From assembly GCA_009859145.1 (NCBI GenBank), contig VRVR01000028.1, forward strand, positions 1 to 6,624: 6,624 bases of DNA, in the 5' to 3' direction. Under the pieces are notes generated by a model. It was not told the DNA's origin. It made no database searches and worked only from the letters and a program-made list of their open reading frames with translations. Numbering within the stretch: the first letter of the stretch is position 1; each line of letters starts with the position of its first letter. Origin of the DNA: Andalucia godoyi And28 (lineage: Eukaryota > Protista > Jakobida). Positions 6,301-6,624 of the stretch are shown here, one piece after another. The position numbers and the translations under genes are program-made.

Positions 6301-6624
6301 GTGATTCGTCCTCTACAGATAGCGCTGTTGATTCCGGAAGTGGCTCGTCAGATAACCGTGTTTGCGCTTCCGACGCAGATGCAAAGACTGTCTCTGTGGT
6401 ATCCAGATTCTCAACGATTGCTAATGTCTGCGCTGCCGTTGAACCCGGATCCACCTGCAACCACTCCGGTAACGATGCTGCATCAGCATCTGATGGAGAG
6501 CCGGAAAGCGAGTCAGAATTGCTTCTTGAAGAGGCGATCATCCAGGAGAGAGCATCCTCAGAGTTCACGCTACCATCAAACCATGAAGGAGCATCATTAC
6601 TACAAGGACTAGAAAATCGCTCGT
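3320..6624 (-). CDS. Large uncharacterised protein (>=1100 aa, 5'-partial): inactive Ulp1/C48-like domain plus unassigned conserved core, candidate transposase/Rep
   Basis: Uninterrupted minus-strand frame ending at TAA (3322-3320). Codon 6568-6566 is GTG. Manual translation upstream gives ...ERFSSPCSNDAPSWFDGS-VNSEDA with no stop up to the window edge, so the real start is probably outside the window (an internal ATG such as M10 is also possible). Confidence 0.85.
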   Translation of the reverse strand, partial: ERFSSPCSNDAPSWFDGSVNSEDALSWMIASSRSNSDSLSGSPSDADAASLPEWLQVDPGSTAAQTLAIVENLDTTETVFASASEAQTRLSDEPLPESTALSVEDESRRVSRPVIYTRQVLPGPGGLETLRSDTIRQIPPQCRTVIVEGCRIDASEFQSFITGKRVSYTCLSILVERIFDRICSVHDAFCHGLHLWDVYVANQQMPFDSFVYPRDVKTVFVPAMGDDARLSCFVFRLDRFYGYKWTLIDPGDCLAQRGDAVLRFVQAMLPLLKVPAHVRCERVTYKIPSMSDVYSMSVFCVSAMMRMAYGLPLQWKQLDSATSFVLSKMTRLFEIEVLTARVLDTDPHSAPQGVHEQASSVATLLERAFPQNAHQLMEGYELDLIISEPDVLMKRKPLVFSVKQGIRFTCAFDFDGIELSGDTMGLMDSMFSVPFTAKGVSPIVKKSNFMSFSGKKVFYVGSFVTWNVSVWMLIRHATDDSENDNRREIVMKNILASLKKNGLSVPFGFEAGRENVLLSPYQLQLVSASFSSMLMELKGQRPVFYLQKYGMKRIFQADALPQELSAFAVDRASQCSLDFAAVFNPAAYFTPLSVFANVRREPHPDETLFRRFFTSELGGFTVYPKNNDIHKIKVYTMDVHAYKRNLLDGSTFFLDLWRSTRALNCAHSSTKKKNGAMLDENTAGQQRFLENVRYCKDQSFGVRIEVSVTSKDYRRILLEFQEAMISKLHSLNEHGYAHQFVVVETRSLYTLVEKYAVLVLESIQQVVENKCESSEESVSMLVCLLDYLLSGNEKHLGGYNKRFVEWVQSSTMQSNMFPFDFVVTKQSERIRVPHSWYAKKVSGNGIHGAVIQKMLREERDLEGFLRKLDGNGMILFFDDFVKAYEKEFVTTLELGVTEVRKCTSLLAEGWERHDCGPQDIWCSVFPGKPSVVNNNRTSPGKGNAFDRYLSVCYILASLNKDLLSVFEEALQMHFTTCVDLPFVCWVKPNVPVLDHGKLSLQQPSLPRFESHLEDRSCLESFFRQIGESLGLREHQVKQFVNFLLALSEGRFENRLKSHVSNRVFLQSGVLVPPAPNETRVIWTLRPMDQLKQIHSAFYEQ
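5609..6196 (-). other. Ulp1/SENP (peptidase C48)-like domain, catalytically degenerate
   Basis: aa ~125-320 (track numbering) follow the C48 layout. IDASEFQSFITGKRVSYTCL corresponds to I-x-x-x-D-x-x-x-L-x-x-x-x-W-L-x-D. VFVP, RLSCFVFRL (normally HW-x-L-x-V), LIDP (normally YYDS) and PSMSDVYSMSVFCV (normally P-x-Q-x-N-x-x-D-C-G-V-F) follow in order. Confidence 0.6.

Larger units (their letters stand above)
374..6624. mobile_element. Putative unclassified eukaryotic mobile element (partial; boundaries uncertain)
   Basis: Inference from compact, apparently intronless convergent ORFs, SET plus Ulp1-like domains (both known as accessory domains of eukaryotic DNA transposons) and a structured flank. 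No named transposase, TIR pair or TSD was confirmed. Confidence 0.4.

Noticed and set aside
3795-6612. Small ORFs overlapping ORF2, including 6202..6612 (+, 136 aa)
   Set aside because: Antisense or alternate-frame shadows of the >1100-aa ORF with no recognisable motifs.
3320-6624. Assignment of ORF2 to a known transposase, HUH Rep/helicase, tyrosine recombinase, RT or viral polymerase
   Set aside because: I found no convincing HUH/Y2 motif, Walker A, R-H-R-H-Y recombinase set, YxDD or family-specific DDE signature.

Overview
This window looks eukaryotic or eukaryote-virus-like and holds two long, intact, convergent ORFs whose stops are only 43 bp apart. ORF1 (1060..3276, +, 738 aa) has an unknown helical middle region, a CxxC-x10-CxxC knuckle, a recognisable SET domain and a possible C-terminal winged helix. 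ORF2 (3320..>6624, -) is at least 1100 aa. The track's start at 6568 is a GTG (Val) and the frame stays open to the window edge, so ORF2 is 5'-truncated. It contains a Ulp1/SENP (C48)-like fold lacking its catalytic His and Cys, followed by a large unassigned domain with motifs FDFDG / YGMK / LDFAA / KVY-x4-H-x2-K / GVRIE. The first ~1 kb is non-coding and highly structured: GC-rich hairpins, crossed helices, a short telomere-like tract, a TA-flanked inverted repeat and three repeated TACTTCAC hairpins in a T-rich tract. My best reading, which is inference and not verified, is part of an unclassified eukaryotic mobile element carrying a histone-methyltransferase-like gene and a pseudo-SUMO-protease fused to a candidate DNA-breaking domain. 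The host organism cannot be determined from the sequence.
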